Virus record (IMG/VR): IMGVR_UViG_3300020161_001927
Location: 1-24,050 of that record
Direction: 5' to 3' (one strand)
From: a virus
Lineage: Duplodnaviria > Caudoviricetes
Length of the DNA: 24,050 bases
A model generated the notes under the pieces. That model was not told the DNA's origin. It ran no database searches and saw nothing but the letters and a program-made list of their open reading frames with translations. The translations under genes were made by a program, and so were the position numbers. Of the stretch, positions 10,437-19,612 are shown piece after piece. The number at the start of each line of letters is the position of its first letter. Positions within the stretch are counted from its first letter, which is position 1.

Positions 10437-11439
10437 AAATCTTAGTCAGTATTGGTTGGATTATATCTAAATTCTCTATATCTTTCAAGAATGGTTCGGT
10501 ATTAACCAAAACCATAGTTAGTTGTCCGGTGCTCTTTTTGTCGGACTTTATTATAGGAAGTAGTTGCTCAAAGTCAAACCATTCTTTACGAAAATTAAGA
10601 TTGGATCTCTTTAACAAAGAAATTCCTTTCATCATTATCGTGTCGTAATTATTTACCTCAGAGCCAATACGGTCTGAAACATCAACAGCAATCATACAAC
10701 CAAGTATTACTGCTATACCATGTGGAATCTCATGGTTAGATACGGATTCCAACGCATGTCCAAAAGTATGACCAAAATTTAAAAACTTTCTTTCCCCGCG
10801 ATCAAACTCATCCCGTGACAGTATTCCTATTTTGTATTCAAGTCCGTCAAATATCATGTTTTCAATTTCACCATCTGCGTCGAACTCATTGATTTTGTTT
10901 TGAAGTATATGGAATTTAAATATTTCACCAAGACCACTAATATAATCCAAAGAAGAAAGAGTACCAGTAAAGGATGGATATACTAGAATTTTACTTGGTG
11001 GATAGAATGTTCCAATTATGTTTTTCCGATTTTCGAAATTAATTGATGTTTTGCCACCAATGCAACTGTCTGCTTGAGCCAATAAAGTAGTAGGAATCAG
11101 GATATATTCTATCCCTCTGCAATAAGTGGATGCACAGAATCCAATTATGTCTTGGAGAATGCCACCACCAATAACAACTATTTTAGTTTTTACATTTGCC
11201 TTTAATCTTGATAAATCGGAAAATACTACACTTGCATATTCTAATGTCTTGGTGCTTTCTGTTGCTTCTACTGATATCACACCACTTCTGTTCAGAACAG
11301 GATATAGTGAAAGTATATTCGTATCAACAAAACTAATAGTGTTTGATTGACTCATTAGATCAATAACATCTTGCAATGAATCAATAAAAACAACATCATA
11401 CTCATTTATCTTAGATGGTACTTTCAGTGTGCTGTGCAT
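10423..11439 (-). CDS. 3-dehydroquinate-synthase-like (AroB-related) sugar-phosphate cyclase
   Basis: GGGILQD, RGI....PTTLLAQADSCIGGKTSIN, KNIIGTFYPP, GLGEIFK, LNFGHTFGHALE, IPHGIAV, DKK; metal ligands E/H/H present. Confidence 0.92.
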   Translation of the reverse strand: MHSTLKVPSKINEYDVVFIDSLQDVIDLMSQSNTISFVDTNILSLYPVLNRSGVISVEATESTKTLEYASVVFSDLSRLKANVKTKIVVIGGGILQDIIGFCASTYCRGIEYILIPTTLLAQADSCIGGKTSINFENRKNIIGTFYPPSKILVYPSFTGTLSSLDYISGLGEIFKFHILQNKINEFDADGEIENMIFDGLEYKIGILSRDEFDRGERKFLNFGHTFGHALESVSNHEIPHGIAVILGCMIAVDVSDRIGSEVNNYDTIMMKGISLLKRSNLNFRKEWFDFEQLLPIIKSDKKSTGQLTMVLVNTEPFLKDIENLDIIQPILTKIYETI

Positions 11440-12059
11440 GTATATCCACCATCAATCACGATGTTTTGACCAGATATAAAACTATTTGATACTGTTAGTG
11501 TGTAGACCAAATCTGCAACTTCTTCTGGTTTTCCCATTCTACCAACTGGAATATTTGAAATCAAGTTTTCAATTTCTTCTTTTGTGTTGTTTTGATATGT
11601 TAAATCAGTTCCAATGAAACCGGGAGAAACCGTATTAGAAAGAATATTGTATTCGCCATATTCGGCAGTTAATGATTTTGTCAATGAATGAAGAGCATGT
11701 TTGCTGGCACTATATGCTGCTCTCTTTGGTTTAGCCAAATCAATCCATATACTACCAATGTTGATTATTCTTCCATAACGCTGCGAAACCATATGAGGAA
11801 TACATTGTTGAATGATTTCAAATGCTGAAAAGTAATTAACACGCATCACTTCTTCATCAGAAATTTCCTCAATAGTTTTCAGTGGATTTATTCCGGCATT
11901 GTTGATGACAACATCAAAGTCGGTGTGCTTTAGAACCACAGATTTGTTTAAATCCAGTTCATTTCTAGAGGGACAATAAACATAGTGATCGGCTTTTTTG
12001 AACCGATCAACTATGGATTTTCCTATTCCTCTAGAACCGCCAGTTACTAGTATTCTCAT
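11424..12059 (-). CDS. Classical short-chain dehydrogenase/reductase (SDR)
   Basis: TGGSRGIG, NNAG, YSASK, VSPGFIGT, IDGG. Confidence 0.93.
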   Translation of the reverse strand: MRILVTGGSRGIGKSIVDRFKKADHYVYCPSRNELDLNKSVVLKHTDFDVVINNAGINPLKTIEEISDEEVMRVNYFSAFEIIQQCIPHMVSQRYGRIINIGSIWIDLAKPKRAAYSASKHALHSLTKSLTAEYGEYNILSNTVSPGFIGTDLTYQNNTKEEIENLISNIPVGRMGKPEEVADLVYTLTVSNSFISGQNIVIDGGYTCTAH

Positions 12060-12062
12060 AAG

Positions 12063-12866
12063 TCAATCTAATGAACGCATGGATTGATTGATTCGATCTT
12101 GAATCATTTGAATTCGTTTAATGTCCTGATTGGCTAAAGATGTATAATATTCGTGTTTGCACTTTAACCATTCATATTCAAAGATCTGTCCCTTTGATAA
12201 TGCTCTGGATAAATTCTTTAGAGCAACTGATGGATCATAGATCGCATATCGGGTTTCGAATTTATCAAGAAGACCGTTTGAATGAAGTTTTTTAAGGAAG
12301 TCTAAAGAATCAATCGATACGGCTCCACCTAAACAGAGTTTTAATCCTTTTTCTTTTGCCTTAACGAATACCTTCTCAACTAGAGAGTAGACTTCATCAC
12401 TATTGACATAGTTACGATCCTTACCCATAGATGATACTAAATCAACTCGACCAACGGTTACACCGTATAGTTCTCCGGCTTCTTTGGACTCTAATATGCT
12501 CTGTGAATTCAATATTGCACTTATTGTTTCCAGATTAACATTCAATTGAACTGACGAAAGCGAATCCTCGGATATATGTGTTTTTGCGGCTTGGATAAAC
12601 TTCTTCAAACCAAATGCCGACTCAACCATAGGAGCCACAATTCCTTTGACTCCAATAATAGTTGCATCCTTCAGATCTCTAATTGCTTCTGGACCTCCAA
12701 TCTTAAGGGTGAGTTTAGTCTTACCCTGATTGCAGATTTCCTTCAAACGAATAGTTTCGTTGAATAAAGCACCTTCATCTTCGAATGATGTTTTTACACC
12801 AATTAGACCTTCATTCTCTATGAGGTCTGTCAAAATACTAACGCATTTAAATTCTCTTGAGTTCAT
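12063..12866 (-). CDS. HpcH/HpaI aldolase / citrate-lyase-family protein
   Basis: KIGGPEA, GIVAPMVES, NLET, VGRVDL..SMG motifs of the HpcH/HpaI TIM-barrel family. Confidence 0.82.
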   Translation of the reverse strand: MNSREFKCVSILTDLIENEGLIGVKTSFEDEGALFNETIRLKEICNQGKTKLTLKIGGPEAIRDLKDATIIGVKGIVAPMVESAFGLKKFIQAAKTHISEDSLSSVQLNVNLETISAILNSQSILESKEAGELYGVTVGRVDLVSSMGKDRNYVNSDEVYSLVEKVFVKAKEKGLKLCLGGAVSIDSLDFLKKLHSNGLLDKFETRYAIYDPSVALKNLSRALSKGQIFEYEWLKCKHEYYTSLANQDIKRIQMIQDRINQSMRSLD

Positions 12867-12881
12867 AATATAGATCCATTC

Positions 12882-13562
12882 TTATTTCTTAGTGATTATT
12901 GCAACAGCAAATTTATCCTTTATGTCGTGATATATTTTGACTGTTGCAATGTTTTTCTCCAAATATTGTTTTTCTTCTGGCAATATGTGTTCATTAATAA
13001 TAATACCAGTTGTTTCGAAATCTTTCAACAACGAATATGTCGCATCATTGTTAATACAACAATTCTTAATACCGGGAATTGACATATCCTCTAAGATATA
13101 GTATCCACCACTCTTAACATATTTAAATAAATGCCCCAATGAAATCATTTGATGAATGTGTTTGTGGGAACCATCTTCGATTATAAAATCAAATGGTTTT
13201 CCACCAAATTCATTATACATTGCATCAAGATCTTCTCGTTTTTCCTGATCACCTTTGAAAAATTGAACCCGATCACATCCAGTTATTGCCGGATGCTGAC
13301 TCATATCAACAATGTCAAATGTATAGATCGATGCGTTTTGGAAATAATCAGACCACATTCGTACCGAATGTCCACCCGGACTATATTCCATGCAAATTCC
13401 AATTTCAAGAAGTCTTATTGCATCTTCTCTCCACTTATCAAGATAAGTTTCATATATTGACGCATAACCATGTACTGTTTGATGCGGGTATTGTGTTCCT
13501 TTATCGGTGGAGTAATAATTTGCGAGATCATCTAAACTTGGTTTTTTGCTTTCATTTACCAT
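12882..13562 (-). CDS. Class I SAM-dependent methyltransferase, sugar O-methyltransferase-like (MycE/Rmt type)
   Basis: TDK....HGY..IYE, LLEIGI, S..MW.DYF, DQ, FDFIIEDGSH, GGYYILED. Confidence 0.85.
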   Translation of the reverse strand: MVNESKKPSLDDLANYYSTDKGTQYPHQTVHGYASIYETYLDKWREDAIRLLEIGICMEYSPGGHSVRMWSDYFQNASIYTFDIVDMSQHPAITGCDRVQFFKGDQEKREDLDAMYNEFGGKPFDFIIEDGSHKHIHQMISLGHLFKYVKSGGYYILEDMSIPGIKNCCINNDATYSLLKDFETTGIIINEHILPEEKQYLEKNIATVKIYHDIKDKFAVAIITKK

Positions 13563-14509
13563 ATAAATTTATCTTTATAGTAACTCACTATGTTCTTTAT
13601 TTCAACATCAAACTCTTTGTTTGGTGTCCACCCTAAACTACGAAGTTTAGAATCATCTAAAGCGTATCTTAAGTCTTGTCCCACTCTTGAACAAGACATA
13701 TCAACATATTTATTTATGTCGTAATCAGATGTACCTAATACTTCATTCAAAATCTTCTTTACGGTGTCCATATTTGTTTGTTCAAAACCACCGGCGATGT
13801 TATAGATTTCATTCTTAACTCCGCTTTCGATAATTGTTATGATTGCATTTGCTGTATCTTCTGCATGAAGCCAATTACGAATTGGAGTTCCATTATTATG
13901 GAGAGGAATCTTTCTACTCAACTTTAAATACTTACAAACTTTTGGTATTAACTTTTCTACATATTGTCCTATACCATAATTGTTAGTTGGACGAACAATG
14001 ATGTATGGAACATTATATGTTCTAGCCCAAGCCAATACTAACATATCTGCTGCTGCTTTTGATGCAGAGTATGGATTAGATGGTTTTAATAAATCTGATT
14101 CTGTGTGTGATCCATCTACTATATCACCATAAACTTCGTCTGTACTAAAATGTAGTAGTGTTGGAATATTTCCATTCTCTTGTCTGTAGTTCTTTATTAG
14201 TTCTAAAATCTTGTGAACACCGTTAACATTACTTGTGATAAAATCATCACTGTTTGCAATAGAATTACCAACATGTGTTTCTGCTGCCGTGTTGATTATG
14301 TAATCACAGTCATATAAAAACTCAAGATCATTTATATCACAATGAACAAAAGAAAAATTATTATACTGTTTGAATTCTTCTAGCAGTTGTTTATTTGCGG
14401 CATATGTCATTTTATCAACTCCTTTGACATACCACCCACGCTTCAAACACTGACGGGTAACATATGAACCAATAAAACCCAAACAACCAGTAATATAGAC
14501 TACTTTCAT
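13556..14509 (-). CDS. rmlB: dTDP-glucose 4,6-dehydratase
   Basis: TGCLGFIG, DKMTYA, AAETHV.NSI, STDEVYG, PSNPYSASKA, NNYG..QYVEKLIP, RNWLHAED, R.GQDLRYALD; AGGAG SD. Confidence 0.9.
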   Translation of the reverse strand: MKVVYITGCLGFIGSYVTRQCLKRGWYVKGVDKMTYAANKQLLEEFKQYNNFSFVHCDINDLEFLYDCDYIINTAAETHVGNSIANSDDFITSNVNGVHKILELIKNYRQENGNIPTLLHFSTDEVYGDIVDGSHTESDLLKPSNPYSASKAAADMLVLAWARTYNVPYIIVRPTNNYGIGQYVEKLIPKVCKYLKLSRKIPLHNNGTPIRNWLHAEDTANAIITIIESGVKNEIYNIAGGFEQTNMDTVKKILNEVLGTSDYDINKYVDMSCSRVGQDLRYALDDSKLRSLGWTPNKEFDVEIKNIVSYYKDKFIW

Positions 14510-14524
14510 ATTTGCTCCTAATAT

Positions 14525-15238
14525 TTACCAATAAGTTATTTCGCCCGTAATTCTAGGCGCACAATAATTCATAGATGATCGTTTTACCACAATTCCAGCA
14601 TCATCGTAATATCGTTTTAATGCTGCTTCATACACATGAAGGTGTAAATTTACACCACAATTATACCAATATTTATCTATCCAGTTGATGTAATTTGTTT
14701 TGGTTTCAATTTGTTTTTCTGAACCTATTCCCCATATATCAAACACGAATGGATGAGTATCATCATAGTTTGTTTTACCAATAACAAGTTCATCAAAAAG
14801 TAATTCATCTTTGTTGAATTTACTTAAGTAACGAATATCCATTCTTGTTGAAAAAAACTTATCGTATTTGTCGTGCTGTTTTGCCATATTGAATACTTTT
14901 AAACAACTATTCAACATGTTTTTTACACCAAGATGAGGCAAAGAAATGTGTGGTAACTCTTTCTTAAATCGACTAATTCCTTTATCTTTTTCAACAACAA
15001 TATCTGTTGGTTTATATGCTTTTATTATACCTGATAAATCTATTACATTCGAAGATGTGTCATTAGATGGCAGTTCTTCTGTCCATCCATTCCAATGAGA
15101 ACCAGATGTAGAATTGACTCTATCCCATGTGTGAATAAAGATATCACCAGGCACAACAGAAAACACATTTTTAAAGAAGTATTTGTGACATTGCTTCCAT
15201 GTTCTAGAATGTCCATGAAACAAATAAGCAACCTTCAT
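14525..15238 (-). CDS. Hypothetical protein, putative glycosyltransferase-like (glycan-cluster-associated family)
   Basis: MKVA.LF.GH.R, DIFIHTWD, Y.P..IVVE, YD.....RMDI pattern recurrent in glycan loci; ATGA-coupled to the upstream gene. Confidence 0.6.
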   Translation of the reverse strand: MKVAYLFHGHSRTWKQCHKYFFKNVFSVVPGDIFIHTWDRVNSTSGSHWNGWTEELPSNDTSSNVIDLSGIIKAYKPTDIVVEKDKGISRFKKELPHISLPHLGVKNMLNSCLKVFNMAKQHDKYDKFFSTRMDIRYLSKFNKDELLFDELVIGKTNYDDTHPFVFDIWGIGSEKQIETKTNYINWIDKYWYNCGVNLHLHVYEAALKRYYDDAGIVVKRSSMNYCAPRITGEITYW

Positions 15239-16092
15239 AGAGTTATCCTATAGTAATCAACTAGTTTTTCTATAACAGAATCGATTGTGTGTTTTTGTTT
15301 AAAACCATACGATACCAATTTTGCTGTATCTAGATACGAATGACGCACCTGAACAATGTCGTGAAAAGTCGTTGGCTGAATGTGTATTATCTTAGAAGAA
15401 GAGCCAGAATATTCTATGGCTTTTGTTATCATATCCAAAAATTTGTGAGGTTTACCGCTACCGATGTTTATTATTTGATTTGGTGGTGATTTATCCATGC
15501 ACAACTTGAGTGCAGAACAAACATCTTCCACATGTATGTAATCTCGGAGAACTTCTCCACCATAATATAATGGCACATCTCGATTGTTGACAATCTCTTT
15601 GATTAAAAACTGAAGTGCGTTTTTCTTCTTAGAAATCTTTTTGTCACCCTCTCCAATTACATTTGCCAATCTGAATATTCTGTATTTTATGTTATATGTT
15701 TGACAGAAAGAAATCAATAACTGTTCAGCACAATATTTTGTAATTGAGTAGAATCCTGATGGATTGTATCTAGAAAAATCTTCTCTAAATGGCATCTCAT
15801 AATTTTTACCATAGACAAACCAAGAACTTATGAAATTAAAAGTAATGTCGCTGTTTTTTGGCAAACGCTCCAAAACATTCATAAGAACAGTTAGATTGGT
15901 ATCGATATCAACATGTAAATTGGTGTGTACATTATAATTATCAACGGTACTTATGAAGTAAAGTATGTTGTTGGTGGGAGAAGAATAATCATCTCTGGCA
16001 ACTTTAACAACATCATCTGAATATATCTCACAAAACTTAGATCCAATGAATCCAGAACCACCAAATACTGTTATTTTGTTTTTTTCACTCAT
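15235..16092 (-). CDS. NAD-dependent epimerase/dehydratase; candidate NDP-4-keto-deoxysugar 4-reductase
   Basis: GGSGFIG, ISSWFVYG, YSITK, RLANVIG, RDYIHVED, NIGSG. Confidence 0.88.
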   Translation of the reverse strand: MSEKNKITVFGGSGFIGSKFCEIYSDDVVKVARDDYSSPTNNILYFISTVDNYNVHTNLHVDIDTNLTVLMNVLERLPKNSDITFNFISSWFVYGKNYEMPFREDFSRYNPSGFYSITKYCAEQLLISFCQTYNIKYRIFRLANVIGEGDKKISKKKNALQFLIKEIVNNRDVPLYYGGEVLRDYIHVEDVCSALKLCMDKSPPNQIINIGSGKPHKFLDMITKAIEYSGSSSKIIHIQPTTFHDIVQVRHSYLDTAKLVSYGFKQKHTIDSVIEKLVDYYRITL

Positions 16093-16757
16093 GGTATTTG
16101 CTCTAACAGTTTAATTTTGTCTTGAAATTGTTGATAAAAACCATCATGATCACATGTGTTTCTAGGATCTCCTCTACCATGAAATCCAAAACAATTATTT
16201 AAATCAAAATCACATTCTGGAATTCTAGACTCAAGAGAAAACTTCATTGCTACATCTACTGGTGCAAATTTACAGCCATGTTGCTCAAGTGCTGCTTTAT
16301 AACGAAGACATATCGTTCCGTCTTCGTGTCCCTGTGCGTTCATATACTGACAAAGATTAACAAGTTTTCTGCTTCTTAAACTAAATCCGCCATTTCCCAC
16401 TCTATTGATCTGTCCATAGTTTTTCCACGGAGCACCAATATAATCATAATTTAAGAAATCATCATTCCATAAATGAGGATTAATCACAAATCCATCGTCA
16501 TGAATGGTCAAACAAAAATCAGTGTCAACATACTTGTGTAATTCGTGCAGCATGAATGGACTGTAACTATCGTGAGTCAGTTTGTTAATTTCTACAAATT
16601 CTATGGTATCTGGTATATTATTAGGCTTTATATGAGATAATAATTTGGCTTTACCAAATTGGATATCTTTCATGCTGTATTTCAGCGCCTTTAAACCTAT
16701 GTGCGGGTTTACACCATCCACACACAATATGGTTACATTATTAAGAATTATACTCAT
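16089..16757 (-). CDS. DUF5672-family protein (putative GT-A glycosyltransferase)
   Basis: TDF.L.IHDDGFV, YDYIGAPW, VGNGGFSLRS, ED..IC, AP...A.KFS.E, FGFHG. Confidence 0.85.
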   Translation of the reverse strand: MSIILNNVTILCVDGVNPHIGLKALKYSMKDIQFGKAKLLSHIKPNNIPDTIEFVEINKLTHDSYSPFMLHELHKYVDTDFCLTIHDDGFVINPHLWNDDFLNYDYIGAPWKNYGQINRVGNGGFSLRSRKLVNLCQYMNAQGHEDGTICLRYKAALEQHGCKFAPVDVAMKFSLESRIPECDFDLNNCFGFHGRGDPRNTCDHDGFYQQFQDKIKLLEQIP

Positions 16758-17464
16758 AGATACCTTTCAAAAGTATTAGTTAGAACATCGATTCTATTTT
16801 TATTAGGCACACCAGTTATATGAGACAAGAAACATTCCTCAGTCCACGGATATTGCGGTTCTGGACGACCATCCCAAATACCTCTAAACATTGCGCGGTT
16901 TGGAATAGCACCCAAATATTTGTGATCCAATATCTTGATATGCTTTCCTAAATTGGTTTGGATATAAATGATATTCATGGTGGTCTGTTCCCAGCCCCAC
17001 TGGTTTGTGTCCTTTACATGTTTACCAACCCGTAAAAAAGCATCAAACATTTGATCTGTACTGGCACACTTTTGGATTATGAAATTACCAGTGCTGATTG
17101 TTCTTTTGCCAGTCCAATCCCACGATGCATAGAAACAATGATCATCGTCCAGTTGGAAATCATCAATAGAGAAATTATCATTAGTTATAATTGAATCGGC
17201 ATCAATCCACATAACAATATCATAAAACTCCAGCATCTCAAATGTTCTGAGTTCCCGAAGAAATCCGAGTTCCGTATCATCGAATAACTTATTTCTGTCC
17301 GTACCAAATGAACGCAATGCAAGAAGATCATAACCATGCTTTTTGGCATATCTTTGCTTTGACGCAAGAGTCAAATCAAAGACTTCTTCCATCGTGCTGT
17401 CTGTTTCATTTGGCTGTCTTAGTATATCGGTTGTTCCGGTTAATATTAAAACTCGTTTGTTCAT
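16754..17464 (-). CDS. GT34-like (GMA12/MNN10-type) glycosyltransferase
   Basis: K.RYAKKHGY, YDIVMWIDADSIITN (DxD), STG.FII, WEQ, FLSHITG. Confidence 0.78.
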   Translation of the reverse strand: MNKRVLILTGTTDILRQPNETDSTMEEVFDLTLASKQRYAKKHGYDLLALRSFGTDRNKLFDDTELGFLRELRTFEMLEFYDIVMWIDADSIITNDNFSIDDFQLDDDHCFYASWDWTGKRTISTGNFIIQKCASTDQMFDAFLRVGKHVKDTNQWGWEQTTMNIIYIQTNLGKHIKILDHKYLGAIPNRAMFRGIWDGRPEPQYPWTEECFLSHITGVPNKNRIDVLTNTFERYL

Positions 17465-18774
17465 ACAGCATCCTTAAAAAAGTACTCTGCCACACTTTCA
17501 ATATAATCCAGTTGCACATCAGTAATTACTGGACTTGTACCCAAGAAGAAAGTATCCGTAGTGACCTTTCTTGCATTGGGATAATTATTTATGACATCAA
17601 ACTCATTCATAAGACCAGAATACGCTGGTTGAAGCATGATATTTCCTGCAAAGTATGGACGGGTTTGAATCTTATTTTCTTCAAAGTAATTTACGATATC
17701 CTTTCTTCTAAAGGGGGCATCATCCCGAATCGTGATAGCGAAAGCAAACCAACTAGGATCTGAGTTCTCTGTAGCCTTTGGTAGAATCAGCATGTCTTCA
17801 TACTTTGAGAAGATCTTATGAAGTCTTGCGTGGTTGTGCTTTCTCTTCTGAATAATCTGCGGAAGCTTCTTGAGCTGTACTAGACCCATAGCAGCTTGCT
17901 GTTCGGTTGGCTTTAGATTGTATCCAATCTCGTCATAGACATACTTGTGATCGAAGATTTCGTCTGGAAGAGCAGGAAGCCAGTTAGAGAATCGCTTCTT
18001 GCAGGATCCATTCTTGAGAAGATTAGCCTTCTTACCGACGCAATAGCACCCTCTACCCCACTCACGGAAGCTTCTGGTAACAATCTCTTGCTGGTGAGTG
18101 TTGCAGGCCACAAACCCGCCTTCGCCCATTGTAATATGATGAGCAGGGTAGAAAGAGCAACTAGCAAGTTCGCCAAAAGAGCCAAGAGGTTTGTTCTTGT
18201 AAGTAGAACCGAGAGCATCGCAACAGTCTTCTAGAAGTATTAGATCATACTTCTTTACGATATCCATCAGTCTATCCATGTTGGGAGGATTGCCTAAAAC
18301 ATGGGCAAAAGTGATGATTTTGCAGCCTTGCTTGGCCTTTTCCTCTACCTGATCCAGGTTTAGGTTCAATGTATCAAGATCAATATCAACAAACACAGGC
18401 TCAAACCCTACCTGAAAGATAGGATTGATGGTTGTCGGAAACCCAGCGATTGGCGTAATTACCTTGGTTCCCTTTGGGAAATTGTAGAGTCTCTTGGATG
18501 TCATGGCAGACATCATGATGAGATTTGAGCTACTGCCGCTGTTGGTCAGAATTCCATACTCTTTACCCATCAGTCTAGGAAAGAGCTGTTCGAAGCGAAT
18601 TCCACTTTCGCCAAGTGCAAGCCAACCATTTAACAACGATTTGGTACATTCGACGTATTCATCTGCCGTAAAATAAGATCCAGCATATTGTACCCAGTCT
18701 TGACCAGCTACCCAAATCTTATTCTGATTCTTTTCGTTGATATATTCTTTAATTAATTCTAGTATATGTTCCAT
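17461..18774 (-). CDS. rfbH: NDP-4-keto-6-deoxyglucose 3-dehydrase (E1; RfbH/DdhC/AscC/SpnQ family)
   Basis: NSGSSSNL, AHVLGNP, EDCCDALG, SFYPAHHITMGEGG (His in place of the aminotransferase Lys), WGRGCYC...C iron-sulfur motif, DHKY.Y..IGYNLK, FAGN...QPAY. Start placed at ATG 18774; the ORF track extends to 18798. Confidence 0.94.
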   Translation of the reverse strand: MEHILELIKEYINEKNQNKIWVAGQDWVQYAGSYFTADEYVECTKSLLNGWLALGESGIRFEQLFPRLMGKEYGILTNSGSSSNLIMMSAMTSKRLYNFPKGTKVITPIAGFPTTINPIFQVGFEPVFVDIDLDTLNLNLDQVEEKAKQGCKIITFAHVLGNPPNMDRLMDIVKKYDLILLEDCCDALGSTYKNKPLGSFGELASCSFYPAHHITMGEGGFVACNTHQQEIVTRSFREWGRGCYCVGKKANLLKNGSCKKRFSNWLPALPDEIFDHKYVYDEIGYNLKPTEQQAAMGLVQLKKLPQIIQKRKHNHARLHKIFSKYEDMLILPKATENSDPSWFAFAITIRDDAPFRRKDIVNYFEENKIQTRPYFAGNIMLQPAYSGLMNEFDVINNYPNARKVTTDTFFLGTSPVITDVQLDYIESVAEYFFKDAV

Positions 18775-19612
18775 TATGAATACCGGTTCCCCAATCATTT
18801 AAATTAGGAATGTTATATTTTTCTATATTTTCACGGATAAATTTATATTTGTAGCTATTTAAAATATCATGATTGTCATAAATTTTAGGATCAACTTTTA
18901 ATGGTATCTCTATATTTTCATATTTCCAATCAAAATCATTTACAGATGCATCATATGCTGATGCTGGTATTGTGTCAATACCAAATCTAACCTTATTTAC
19001 ATAATCGCATATTTTCCAAAAATACTGTTTAACTGCAACTGTATCTTTGCATAACCACTGAAGATGTGCTATAAAAAGATTTGGCATTTCAATTACTCCT
19101 TGTTTTTCTGGAACGGGAAGATGTTCTGAATGCATTTGCGCGGATTTAAAAAGAGTTCTTTTGCTATAAGAACCTATTCTATCTTTATAATTTTTACCCC
19201 AAGGACCATCAATTCTAATTTGATGTTTGTCTGTATACTGTATCCACTGTGAATGAATTAATATATCTTTATTATTAGTAAGTACTTCGTTTAACTGTTG
19301 TTTTGTCATCAGTCCATCAAAATATTCATCAGTGTCTAAACACAATATTTTTCCACTATGTTTATATGCTTCATCATATAATCTCTGTCTTACATCTGAT
19401 TCAATATTTTTTGTAATATCATCACGATCAATATTTGAAGGAATTACACTTAAAATATTAAATTGTTTTCGATTATCCATTAAATATTCATATGTTCCAT
19501 CAGTAGAATCATCTACCATGAATACAAAAGCATCAGCATAGTTTTGCCAGAGAGGAAGCATCTCTTTAAGTAAAAACAATTCATTTCTAGTAATAGTTGT
19601 TTGAACAATCAT
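18749..19612 (-). CDS. GT2-family glycosyltransferase
   Basis: TRNE...L, DDSTDGT, LCLDTDE (DxD), H...P, HLQW. Confidence 0.82.
   Translation of the reverse strand: MIVQTTITRNELFLLKEMLPLWQNYADAFVFMVDDSTDGTYEYLMDNRKQFNILSVIPSNIDRDDITKNIESDVRQRLYDEAYKHSGKILCLDTDEYFDGLMTKQQLNEVLTNNKDILIHSQWIQYTDKHQIRIDGPWGKNYKDRIGSYSKRTLFKSAQMHSEHLPVPEKQGVIEMPNLFIAHLQWLCKDTVAVKQYFWKICDYVNKVRFGIDTIPASAYDASVNDFDWKYENIEIPLKVDPKIYDNHDILNSYKYKFIRENIEKYNIPNLNDWGTGIHNGTYTRIN

Noticed and set aside
8709-11439. ilvB and aroB as auxiliary metabolic genes for amino-acid synthesis
   Set aside because: No partner ilv or aro genes; both are coupled to NDP-sugar genes, which fits sugar tailoring better. Gene symbols withheld.
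13711-17593. Intragenic CATAAATA boxes at 13711-13718 and 17586-17593
   Set aside because: Inside coding sequence, over 100 nt from a start codon, and expected by chance at this AT content.
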